A stretch of DNA of 64,000 bases. Origin: Squalus acanthias. Its lineage: Eukaryota. Made by a program: the position numbers and the translations under genes. The notes below the pieces were generated by a model that saw only the letters and a list, made by a program, of their open reading frames with translations, ran no database searches and had not been told where the DNA came from. The stretch is taken from the NCBI GenBank assembly GCA_030390025.1, contig JASTWF010000033.1:1366001-1430000 (forward strand), read 5' to 3'. Positions within the stretch are counted from its first letter, which is position 1. Every line of letters starts with the position of its first letter. Shown here piece after piece: positions 20,995 to 32,989 of the stretch.

Positions 20995-23900
20995 TGATAT
21001 TAGGTGGATTTTGAGTAGCTGAGGATATTAGGTGCGGTGGGGAGGAGCTGAGGATATTAGGTGCGGTGGTGAGGAGCTGAGGTTTTAGGTGGGGTGGGGA
21101 GGAGCTGAGGATATTAGTTGGGGTGGGGAGGAGTTGAGGATATTAGGTGGGGTGGGTGGGAGCTGAGGATATTAGGTGGGGTGGGGAGCAGCTGAGAATA
21201 TTAGGTGTCGTTGGGATGAGCTGAGGATATTAGGTGCGTTGGGGATGAGCTGAGGATATTAGGTGAGGTGGGGAGGAGCTGAGGATATTAGGTGCGGTGG
21301 GGAGGAGCTGAGGATATTAGGTGGGGTGGGGAGGACCTGAGGTTTTAGGTGGGGTGGGGAGAAGCTGAGGATATTAGGTGGGGCTGAGAGGAGCTGAGGA
21401 TATTAGGTGTGGTGGGGAGGAGCTGAGGATATTAGGTGGGGTGGGGAGGAGCTGAGGATATTAGGTCGGGTGGGGAGGAGCAGAGGATATTAGGTGGGGT
21501 GGGGAGGAGCTGAGGATATTAGGTCGGGTGGGGAGGAGCAGAGGATATTAGGTGGGGTGGGGAGGAGCTGAGGATATTAGGTGGGGTGGGGAGGGGCTGA
21601 GGATATTAGGTGGCGTTGGGATGAGCTGAGGGTATTAGGTGCGTTGGGGAGGAGCTGAGGATATTAGGTGAGGTGGGGCGGAGCTGAGGATATTTGGTGC
21701 GGTGGGGAGGAGCTGAGGTTTTAGGTGGGGTGGGGAGGAGCTGAGGATATTAGCTGCGGTGGGGAGGAGCTGAGGATATTAGGTGGGGTGGGGAGGAGCT
21801 GAGGATATTAGGTGGGGTGTGGAGAAGCTGAGGATATTACGTGAGGTGGGGTGGAACTGAGGATATTAGGTGGGGTGAGAGGACCTGAGGATATTAGGTG
21901 GGTTCAGGAGGAGCTGTGGTTTTAGGTGGGGTGGGGAGGAGCTGAGGATATTAGGTGAGTTGGGGAGGAGCTGAGGATATTAGGTGTGGTGGGGAGGAGC
22001 TGTGGTTTTAGGTGGGGTGGGGAGGAGCTGAGGGTATTAGGTGGGGTGGGGAGGAGCTGCGGATATAAGTGGGGTCGGGAGGAGCTGAGGATAATAGGTG
22101 AGTTCAGCCGGAGCTGAGGATATTAGGTGGGGTGGGGAGCAGCTGAGCATATTAGGTGGGGTGGGGAGGGGCTGACGATATTAGGTGGGGTTGGGAGAAG
22201 CTGAGGATATTAGGTGGGGTGGGGAGGAGCTGAGGATATTAGGTGGGGTGGGGAGATGCTGAGGATATCAGGTGGGATGGGGAGGAGCTGAGGATATTAG
22301 ATGGGTTGTGGAGGAGCTGAGGATATCAGGTGGGGTTGTGGAGGATCTGATTATATTATGTGGGGTGGGGAGTAGCTGAGGATATTAGTTGTCGTGGGGA
22401 GGAGCTGAGGACATAAGATGGCTTGTGGAGGAGATGAGGATATTAGGTGGGGTGGGGAGGAGCTGAGGATATTAGCTGGGGTGGGGAGGAGCTGAGGATA
22501 TTAGTTGTCGTGGGGAGGAGCTGAGGACATAAGATGGCTTGTGGAGGAGATGAGGATATTTGGTGCGGTGGGCAGGAGCTGAGGTTTTAGGTGGGGTGGG
22601 GAGGATCTGAGGATATTAGGTGGGGCGTGGAGAAGCTGAGGATATTAGGTGAGGTGGGGAGGAGCTGAGGATAATAGGTGAGTTTAGCCGGAGCTGAGGA
22701 TATTAGGTGGGGTGGGGAGCAGCTGAGGATATTAGGTGTGCTGGGGAGGGGCTGACGATATTAGGTGGGGTTGGGAGGAGCTGAGGATATTAGGTGGGGT
22801 GGGGAGGAGCTGAGGATATTAGGTGTGGTGGGGAGGAGCTGAGGATATTAGTTGTGGTGGGGAGGAGCTGAGGATATTAGGTGGGGTGGGGAGGAGCTGA
22901 GGATATTAGTTGTGGTGGGGAGGGGCTGACGATATTAGGTGGGGTTGGGAGGAGCTGAGGATATTAGGTGGGGTGGGGAGGAGCTGAGGATATTAGGTGT
23001 GGTGGGGAGGAGCAGAGGATATTAGGTGGGGTGGGGAGGAGCTGAGGATATTAGGTGGGGTGGGGAGGAACTGAGGATATTAGGTGGGGTGGGGAGGAAC
23101 TGAGGATGTTAGGTGGGTGGGGAGGAGCTGAGGATATTAGGTGGGGTGGGGAGGAACTGAGGATATTAGGTGGGGTGGGGAGGAGCTGAGGATATTAGGT
23201 GGGGTTGGGAGGAACTGAGGATATTAGGTGGGGTGGGGAGCAGCTGAGGATATTAGGTGGGGTGGGGAGGAGCTGAGGATATCAGGTTTGGTGGGGTGGA
23301 GCCGAGGATATTAGTGGGGTGGGCAGGAGCTGAGGATATTAGGTGGGATGGGGAGGAGCTGAGGATATTAGGTGGGGTGGGGAGCAGCTTAGGATATTAG
23401 GTGGGGTGGGGAGGAGCTGAGGATATTAGTGGGGTGGTCAGGAGCTGAGGATATTAGGTGGGGTGGGAGAAGCTGAGGATATTGGTTGGGGTGGGGATGA
23501 GCTGTGGTTTTAGGTGGGGTGGGGAGGAGCTGAGAATATTAGGTGGGGTGGGGAGGAGCTGCGGATAATAGGTGAGTTCAGGCGGAGCTGAGGATTGTAG
23601 GTGGGGTGGGGAGCAGCTGAGGATAATTAGGTGGGGTGGGGAGGAGCTGAGGATATTAGGTGGGGTGGGGAGGAGCTGTGGATAATAGGTGAGTTCAGGC
23701 GGAGCTGAGGATTGTAGGTGGGGTGGGAGGAGCTGAGGATATTAGGTGGGGTGGGGAGGAGCTGAGGATATTAGGTGGAGTGGGGAGGAGCTGAGATATT
23801 AGGTGGGGTGGGGAGGAGCTGAGGATATTAGGTGGGTTGGGGAAGAACTGAGGATATTAGATGGGCTGTGGAGGATCTGAGGATATTAGGTGGGGGTGTG

Positions 23901-26900
23901 GAGGAGCTGATGATATTAGGTGGGGTGGGGAAGAACTGAGGATATTAGGTCGGGTGGGGAGGAGCTGAGGATATTGTGTGGGGTGGGGAGGAGCTGAGGA
24001 TATTAGGTGGGGTGGGGAGGAGCTGAGGATATTGGTGGGGTGGGAAGGACCTGAGGATATTAGGTGGGGCGGGGTGGAGCTGAGGATATAAGGTGAGGTT
24101 GGGAGGGGCTGCGGATATTAGGTGGGGTGGGAAGGACCTGAGGATATTAGCTGGGGTGGGGAGTAGCTGAGGATATTAGGTGGTGTGGGAAGGAGCTGCG
24201 GATATTAGGTGGGGTGGGGAGGTGCTGAGGATATTAGGTGGTGTGGGGAGGTGCCGAGGATATTAGGTGGGGTGTGGAGGAGCTGAGGATATTAGGTGGT
24301 TTGGGGAGGAGCTGAGGATATTAGGTGGGGTGGGCTGGGGAGTAGCTGAGGATATTATTTGGGGTGGGGAGGAGCTGAGGATGTTAGGTGGGGAAGGGTG
24401 GAGCTGAGGATATTAGATGGGGTGGGGAGGAGCTGAGGATATTAGTTGGGGTGGGGAGGAGCTGAGCATATTAGGTGGGGTGGGGAGAATCTGAGGATAT
24501 TAGGTGGGGTGGGGAGGTGCTGAGAATATTAGGTGGGCTGGGGAGGAGTTGAGGATATTAGGTTGGGTTGGGACGGGCTGAGGATATTAGGTGGGGTGGG
24601 GCGGAGCTGAGGATATTATGTGCGGTGGGGAGGAGCTGAAGATATTAGGTGGGGTGGGGAGGAGCTGAGGATATTAGGTGGGGTGGGGAGGAGCTGAGGG
24701 TATTAGATGTGGTGTGGAGGAGCTGAGGATATTAGTTGTGGTGGGGAGGAACTGAGGATATTAGATGGGGTCGGGAGGAGCTGAGGATATTAGGTGGGGT
24801 GGGGAGGAGCTGAGGATATTAGGTGGGGTGCGGAGGAGCTGAGGATATTAGGTGGGGTGGGGAGGAGCTGAGGATATTAGTGGGGTGGGGTGGAACTGAG
24901 GATATTAGCTGGGGTGGGAGGAGCTGAGGATATTGGTTGTGGTGGGGATGAGCTGTGGTTTTAGGTGGGGTGGGGAGCAGCTGAGCATATTAGGTGGGGT
25001 GGGGAGGAGCTGAGGGTATTAGGTGAGTTCAGGCGGAGATGAGGATAGTAGGTTGGGTGGGGAGCAGCTGAGGATATTAGGTGTGGTGGGGAGGAACTGA
25101 GGATATTAGGTGGGGTGGGGAGGAGCTGAGGATAATTAGGTGGGGTGGGGAGGAGTTGCGGATATTAGGTGGGGTGGGGAGGAGCTGAGGATAATTAGGT
25201 GGGGTGGGGAGGAGCTGAGGATATCAGGTTTGGTGGTGTGGAGCCGAGGATATTAGGTGGGGTGGGGAGGAGCTGTGGATATAAGTTGGGGTGGGGAGGA
25301 GCTGAAGATATTAGGTGTGGTGGGGAGGAGCTGAGGATATTAAGTGGGGTGGGCAGGAGCTGAGGATATTAGATGGGGTGGGGAGGAGCTGAGGATATTA
25401 GGTTTGGTGGGGTGGAGCTGAGGATCTTAGGTGGGGTGGGGAGGGGCTGAGGATATTAGGTGGGGTGGGGAGGGGCTGAGGATATAAGGTGGCGTGGGGA
25501 GGAGCTGACGATATTAGGTGGGATGGGGAGGAGCTGAGGATATTAGATGGGTTGTGGAGGAGCTGAGGATATTAGGTGGCGGTGTGGAGGATCTGAGGAT
25601 ATTAGGTGGGGTGGGGAGGTGCTGATGATATTAGGTGGGGTGGGGAGGAACTGAGGATATTAGCTGTGGTGGGGAGGAACTGAGGATATTAGGTCGGGTG
25701 GGGAGGAGCTGAGGATATTAGGTGCGGTGGGCAGGAGCTGAGGATATTAGCTTTGGTGGGGTGGAGCTGAGGATATTAGTTGGGTTGGGGAGGAGCTGAG
25801 GATATTAGGGGGTTGGGGAGGAGCTGAAGATATTAGGTGTGGTCGGGAGGTGCTGAGGATATTGGTGGGGTGGGAAGGACCTGAGGATATTAGGTGGGGC
25901 GGGGAGGAGCTGAGGATATTAGGTGAGGTTGGGAGGGGCTGAGGATATTGGGTGGGGTGGGAAGGACCAGAGGATATTAGTTGGGGTGGGGAGGAGCTGA
26001 GGATATTAGGTGGGGTGGGGAGGAACTGGGGATATTAGCTGTGGTGGGGAGTAGCTGAGGATATTAGGTGGTGTGGGAAGGAGCTGCGGATATTAGGTGG
26101 GGTGGGGAGGTGCTGAGGATATTAGGTGGTGTGTGGAGGTGCCGAGGATATTAGGTGGGGTTTGGAGGAGCTGAGGATATTAGGTGGTTTGGGGAGGAGC
26201 TGAGGATATTATTTGGGGTGGGGAGGAGCTGAGGATGTTAGGTGGGGTGGGGAGGAGCTAAGGTTATTAGGTGGGGTGGGGAGGAGCTGAGGTTATTAGG
26301 TGGTGTGGGGAGGAGCTGATGATATTAGCTGGAGTGGGGTGGAGCTGAGGATATTAGTTAGGCTGGGAGGAGCTGAGAATATTAGGTGGGGAAGGGTGGA
26401 GCTGAGGATATTAGTTGGGGTGGGGAAGTGCTGATGATATTAGGTGGGTTGGGGAGAAGCTGAGGATATTAGGTGGGGTAGGGAGAGCTGAGGATATTAG
26501 GTGGGTTGGGGAGAAGCTGAGGATATTAGGTGGGGTGGGGAGCAGCTGATGATATTAGGTGGGGTAGGGAGAGCTGAGGATATTAGTTGGGGTGGGGAAG
26601 TGCTGATGATATTAGGTGGGTTGGGGAGAAGCTGAGGATATTAGGTGGGGTAGGGAGAGCTGAGGATATTAGGTGGGTTGGGGAGAAGCCGAGGATATTA
26701 GGTAGGGTGGGGAGAAGCTGAGGATATTAGGTAGGGTGGGGAGGAGCTGAGGATATTAGGTGGGGTGGGGAGCAGCTGATGATATTAGGTGGGGTGGGGA
26801 AGAGATGAGGACATTATGTGTTGTGGGGAGGAGCCTAGATTATTAGGATGTGTTGTGGAGGATCTCAGGTTATTAGGTGGGGTGGGGAAGTGTTTAGGGT

Positions 26901-26925
26901 ATTATGTGCGGTGATGAGGATCTTT
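20995..26925. repeat. G-rich 29-bp minisatellite, ~5.9 kb (~200 copies)
   Basis: Consensus gagctgaggatattaggtggggtggggag with many point variants; it degenerates at the right end. Confidence 0.98.
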
Positions 26926-27234
26926 GGGTGTTCGTTGCATAAACAGAGATCGAAAGTGACAAAGAGAGTCTGAGGCAAACAAATCAGCGTTTCTGTTCGT
27001 TGGACAATTGATAACCTCCCTAATTTCTTCGAAAAGCAGTGGTTAAAAATTGATGTAGAAGGAGTTTGCTCTGCAATAAATCGTCAGATGTTCTGATAAA
27101 ATTCTTAGCCTCTCACAGTTATAGATTATTCCTTTATTCATTCTTATTGTTTTTATTCAATAATACTGAGGCTTTGCTTCAAATTTTGAGGAAACATTTC
27201 TGTACATGACATCTCACAATAGACATTAGAAAAC

Positions 27235-29625
27235 ATACAGACTACGCAGTTAAGTGGCAAGTGAACTGTAGCATTGATGAAGGCGAGGTGATGCACTTTG
27301 GTCAGAAAAGTGAAACATCCTGAGGGTAGAGTGGTTGATGATGTGTATATGGACTTTCAAACGGCGTTTGACAAAGTACCACAGTATAGAATTTTTCGTA
27401 AAATTGTAGCCCATGGGATTAATTGGACTGTAGCAGCACGGATACCAAATTGGCTAATTGTCAGAAAGCAGAGAGTCGTGGTGACTGGTTGTTTTTCAGA
27501 CTGGAGGGAGGTATACAGTGATGTACTCCAGTGGTCGCTAATAGGAGTAACGCTCATTTTTATATATATTCGTGAACTTGAGTTCGGTTTACATGACATC
27601 CTTTTATAGTTTGCAGATGATACAAAACTCGGAAATGTCTTACACAATGAGGAGGATAGTAACAGACTTCATGAGGACGTAGACTGACTGGTCAATATGA
27701 GTACATAAGAAATTGGAGCAGGAGTAGGACATTCGGCCCTTCGTGCCTGATCCGCCCTTCAATAATTTCATAGCAGATCTTGGATTAAAAATACATTCGT
27801 ACAACACCATTTCACTTACACTCATTCCTGCATATACAGTTATATCATTAACAGTTTACTGGTCTATTTTGCATTAACTGAATGAAATATCAGTGGAACC
27901 AAAAATACCCTAAATAACCAGCAAATTTGACTGGGTCTTGACCCTCATACAATGTTCCTCAGACTGGAGGGCCTGTGAGCTGCAAAAGTAGTCCATGACC
28001 TGATCCTTTACTTCCCCGATGGCGTTTCTTTCCAAATCCAATCCCTTCGCATATAAAGTAACCTGAACTCTGATTGAAATGGGCAGACACAAGGCAGATT
28101 AAATTTAACCCAGAGAATTGTGAAGTGGGGCATTTTGTTAGGAAGAATGTGAGGCAATCTAAACGAACTGGTACAATTTTGCAGTTGTTTCTCTCTCCAC
28201 AGATGCTGCCTGACCTGCTGAGTATTTCCAGCATTTTCTGTTTTTGTTCCTGATTTCCAGCATCCGCAGTATTTTACTTTCGTTTTGGTACAATTTTAAA
28301 TTGGGTGCACGAACAGAGAGACCCAGGGGCGCATGTACACAAATCCTTGAAGGCAGCACGACAGGTTGAGAAGGCTGTTAAAAAGCACATCGGATCATTG
28401 GCTTTATTAATAGAGCAGTTGAGAACAAAAGCACGGATGTTATGCTCAAACTTCATAAAACAATGGCTTCAGCTGGAGTATTGTGTTCAGTACTGGGCAC
28501 CACACGTTAGGAAAGATGTCAATGCCTTGGAACGTGTGCAGAAGAGATTTACTAGAATTGTTCCAGGGATGAGGGACTTCGGTTGTGTGCAAGAGACTGG
28601 AGAAGCTGCGGTTGTTCTGATTGGAGCAGAGAAGGTTAAGAGGAGATTTGATAGAGGTGTTCAAAATCCTGAATGGATCTGATAGAGAATTAAGGAGCAA
28701 CTGTTTCCAGTGGCAGTGGGTTCGGTAACCAGAGGACACAGATTTAATGTGATTGGCAAAAGAACCCGAGACAACATGAGGATGCGTTTGTTTTACACAG
28801 CGAGTTGTTGTGATCTGGAATGCGCTGCCTGAGAGGGTGGTGGAAGTAGATTCAATAGTAACATTCAAAGGGGATTTGGGAAAAAATTCTTGAGATAAAA
28901 TAAAATACTGGGGAAAGAGCAGAGGAGTGGTATTAATTGGACAGCTCTACCAAAGAGCCGGCACAGGTACGGTGGGCCCAATGGTCTCCTTCTGTGCTGT
29001 ATCATTCCATGATTCTATAATCACCGATACCTTAGAAAATAAGAAACTGAACGTGGCAGATGAGCAAAGGATCTAGAGACACAGGTGAATAACAATGAAA
29101 ATCAGTATCACAGGTCAGCACAGCGATTCAAATGCTAACAATGAACTGGGGTTTATTTCTAAGGATATCGAATTCAAAAGTAGTGAAGCTGGCAAATGGT
29201 CGGAAGTGGTGTTCCGGAATGATCGGTGCTGGGAACACTAATGTTCACCATTTAATTAAACAATTTGGTCTCTAGAATCGGAAGTGCAATTTCAAACATT
29301 GTGGATGCCACACAAATGGGGGTTTATAGTTAATACAAAGGAGGACTGCGACAAAATCCAGGAATACATTAATAATCTTGCAGAATGGGCTTAAAATTGT
29401 CAAATGAACTTCAATATAGCGAAGTGTTAGGTAATGCATTTTAATAGGAAGAATAAGGAGTTCACAAATTCCTTGGAAAATAAGTTTCTAAGTACTGTTG
29501 AGGAACAGGGCGATGTGAGGGTACAGATAAACAAATCACTGAAAGTAGCAATGGAGATTGATAAGTCTTTAAAAGCAAAGAAAACACTCGGGATAATTTC
29601 TGGAGGGAGAGAATGTTAACGCATA
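27235..29625 (+). mobile_element. Cluster of old, fragmented CR1 LINE pieces
   Basis: VYMDFQTAFDKVP (27298-27690); QLEYCVQYWAP...KRFTR and 3' UTR (28080-29020); further RT remnants at 29050-29620. Confidence 0.8.
28185..28285 (+). mobile_element. Short Penelope-like terminal fragment inserted in a CR1
   Basis: cagatgctgcctgacctgctgagtatttccagc is reverse-complementary to the end of the Penelope element at ~35400-35440. It is flanked by a duplicated tggtacaatttt. Confidence 0.65.
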
Positions 29626-29639
29626 GATGTAGTAGCAGA

Positions 29640-30690
29640 GCTGGCGGACCTGGGCGGAACCGGAGTAGCAGCGGGAGCAGAATAAAGAGTGTGGAGAGAG
29701 TAGGGCTGAGAGCGGAGCCAGCGGACCTGGGCAGACCCGGAGCGGGAGCAGAATAAAGAGTGTGGAGAGAGGAGGGCTGAGAGCGGAGCCAGCGGACCTG
29801 GGCAGACCCGGAGCGGGAGCAGAATAAAGAGTGTGGAGAGAGGAGGGCTGAGAGCGGAGCCAGCGGACCTGGGCAGACTCGGAGCGGGAGCAGAATAAAG
29901 AGTGTGGAGAGAGGAGGGCTGAGAGTGGAGCCAGCGGACCTGGGCAGACTCGGAGCGGGAGCAGAATAAAGAGTGTGGAGGGAGGAGGGCTGAGAGCGGA
30001 GCCAGCGGACCTGGGCGGACCCGGAGCGGGAGCAGAATAAAGAGTGTGGAGAGAGGAGGGCTGAGAGCGGAGCCAGCGGACCTGGGCAGACTCGGAGCGG
30101 GAGCAGAATAAAGAGTGTGGAGAGAGGAGGGCTGAGAGTGGAGCCAGCGGACCTGGGCAGACCCGGAGCGGCAGCGGGATTAGAATAAAGAGCGTGGAGA
30201 GAGGTGGGCTGAGAGCAGAGCCAGCGGACCTGGGCAGACTCGGAGCGGCAGCGGGAGCAGAATAAAGAGTGTGGAGAGAGGTGGGCTGAGAGCAGAGCCA
30301 GCGGACCAGCGCAGACCCGGAGCGGCAGCGGGAGCAGAATAAAGAGTGTGGAGAGAGGTGGGCTGAGAGCAGAGCCAGCGGACCAGGGCAGACCCGGAGC
30401 GGCAGCGGGAGCAGAATAAAGAGTGTGGAGAGAGGTGGGCTGAGAGTGGAGCCAGCGGACCAGGGCAGACCCGGAGCGGCAGCGGGAGCAGAATAAAGAG
30501 TGTGGAGAGAGGTGGGCTGAGAGTGGAGCCAGCGGACCAGGGCAGACCCGGAGCGGCAGCGGGAGCAGAATAAAGAGTGTGGAGAGAGGTGGGCTGAGAG
30601 TGGAGCCAGCGGACCAGGGCAGACCCGGAGCGGCAGCGGGAGCAGAATAAAGAGTGTGGAGAGAGGTGGGCTGAGAGTGGAGCCAGCGGG
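29640..30690 (+). repeat. 59/65-bp purine-rich minisatellite (~17 copies) upstream of CR1 ORF1
   Basis: Unit gggagcagaataaagagtgtggagagaggagggctgagagcggagccagcggacctgggcagacccggagc, with a +6 nt (ggcagc) variant in the right half. Confidence 0.95.
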
Positions 30691-32730
30691 GGAGGAGCAG
30701 CGAGGCTCCAATTCAACAACAACAACATAAATCAATGTGTGACGTCACAGGTAAACCGGTATGTTATTGGTGGTGAGTATTTATTTTCTTTTTGCACTGA
30801 AGGCTTAGTTACAGTAAAGACGTACAGCATGTAACTAAATTTAAAACGAACGAAACTTATTTTAATACATTTAATAAATTAGAGAAAGTTATAACCTAGT
30901 TTACCTATATTAAATACTATAAATAGACAGTTTATTGATATTGACATAATTAATTAAATAAAATACAATAGAGATGGCAGGGCAGGTGATGTTTTGCAGC
31001 TGTTGCATGTGGGAGCTGGTGGACACCAGTGTGATCCACAGCGACCACATCTGCAGTAAGTGTCTGCAGCTCGAGAAACTTCGGCTCAGAGTTGATGAGC
31101 TGGAGTCCGAAATTCGGACACTGCGATATATCAGGGAGGGGGAGAGTTACCCGCACACTTTGTTCCAGGAGGCAGTCACACCCCTTAGGTTAAATACTTC
31201 AGATTTGGCCCGTGGTCAGGGACAGGAGTGTGTGACTGCGAGTGAGGCAGGTATGGGGATCCAGGAGGTAGCATTGGAGGAGCCTCAGCCCCTGAACTTG
31301 TCCAACAGGTACGAGGTACTTACTCTCTCTGTGGACAAGAGCAGGGACTGCAGGGAGGATGAGTAAACTGAACACGGGGAAGTAAAAATTAATGTTGTAG
31401 TGGTAGGGGACAGTATAATTAGGGAGATAGATACTGTTCTCTGCAGCTGAGAGCGTGAGTCCCGGAGGCTGTGTTGCCTCTCCTCTGGGCTGGAGATGAG
31501 CTTGGAGTGGGAGGGGAAAGATCCAGTTGTCGTGGTCCACGTAGGTACCAACGACATAGGAAGGACAAAGAAAGAGGTTCTGCTGAAGGGGTATCAGCAG
31601 CTAGGGACTGAATTAAAAAGCAGAACAACAAAGGTAATAATATCTGAATTACTACCTGAACCACGAGCAAAAATGGCTCAGGGTAAATAAGATCAGACTG
31701 ATGTGGGAGAAGGCATTCGTGCAGGGTAGCGGTAGGGGTTATGATAATCAGAGTGTGGCAGGAAGGGACAGAGCGTATACACGGGCACTTGGAGAGGATT
31801 AAGCTAATTAAGGAGAGCCAACACAGATTTGTAAACGGCAGATCGTGTTTGGCTAATCTAATTGATTTTTTTGATGAAGTAACAGGGAGGAGTGATGCAG
31901 GGAATGTAATGGATGTTGTCTACATGGATTTTCGGAAGGCGTTTGAAAAGTACCACAAAGAAGGCCGGTTAACAAAATTGAGGCTCATGAAATAGGTGGG
32001 TCATTGGCAGCTTGGATAAGGAATTGGCTTAACGACAGATAACAGGCAATTGTGGTAAATGGCAATGTTAAGGAGGTGGATGTATGCCGATCTGGTGATG
32101 GAGTGAAGATCTGGTCGGAAGATCATACCGTGGTCAAATCCGACAACAAGGTTGTAAACAGCAAACTGGTGCTAAGGAGAGGGCTGGAGTCGGTGGCTAG
32201 GCAACGGAGTTTGTGAAGGGGGCCAATAGCTTCGATCTTACAAATATTTAGTTGGATGGCACCAGAACTGAAAGATTGCAGCTATCGGTAAAGATTGAAC
32301 ACGTTGGGTCTCTCTGATATAGAAGAGAGAGAACTGTGATGAGGCCTGATAGAGATCTTGAAAATTATGAATGGGTTGGACAGGGTAGATGTGGAGAGAA
32401 TGTTTACACTTGTGGGAGAATGCAACACTTGGGTCATAAATACAAGATAGTTACTAATAAATTCAATAAGGAAATAAGGAGCAATTTCTGTACTCAGAGA
32501 GTGGATAGAATTTGGAACATACTAGCACAGGAAGTGATTGAGGTAAATAGATTAGAGTCTTTCAAAAGAATCTACACGTGTAAATAAGACAACAGGGGAA
32601 TAGAAAGATATGCTGAGCAGCTGAGATGAAGTAGATGCAATGAGAGGAGACTGGTGTGGAGCATAAACACCAGCACAGACAGATTGGGCTGAATGGCCAG
32701 TTTGTGTGCTGTATATTCCATGTAATATAA
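30690..32730 (+). mobile_element. Internally deleted CR1 LINE retaining 5' UTR, ORF1 (Cys-rich/leucine zipper + SGNH esterase-like), ORF2 fragments and 3' end
   Basis: 30974: FCSCCMWE...HICSKCLQLEKLRLRVDELESEIRTLR; VVVGDSII; VVHVGTNDIG; then SQHRFVNGRSCLANL, VYMDFRKAF and 3' UTR. Confidence 0.85.
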
Positions 32731-32989
32731 TCCTCTGAACTGCAGCTCAGCTCCGCTTTGTCTCCCTACCTACTGACCAGGCTCTTACTCTGGAAGCTGC
32801 GAATGAATTGCTGCCCTCAATAGCTGAAGGGACTCTTTACAGAGGAGCTCAGACGAAATGCAGCAAAATAGGGTCCTGTCCCGAAAGACAATGTGGGAAA
32901 TGTCAGTCAGAAACAGCGCCGAGTCCTAAACACAGTGTTCGCCCCGCCGCTGGCTTTATCTTCAGATCTCCAGCGATTGCTGGTGTAAT

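Noticed and set aside
20995..26925. Telomeric repeat
   Set aside because: The unit is 29 bp containing TTAGGT, not tandem TTAGGG.
29569..30735. 388-aa minus-strand ORF
   Set aside because: It is a translation of the 59/65-bp minisatellite, with no domain features.
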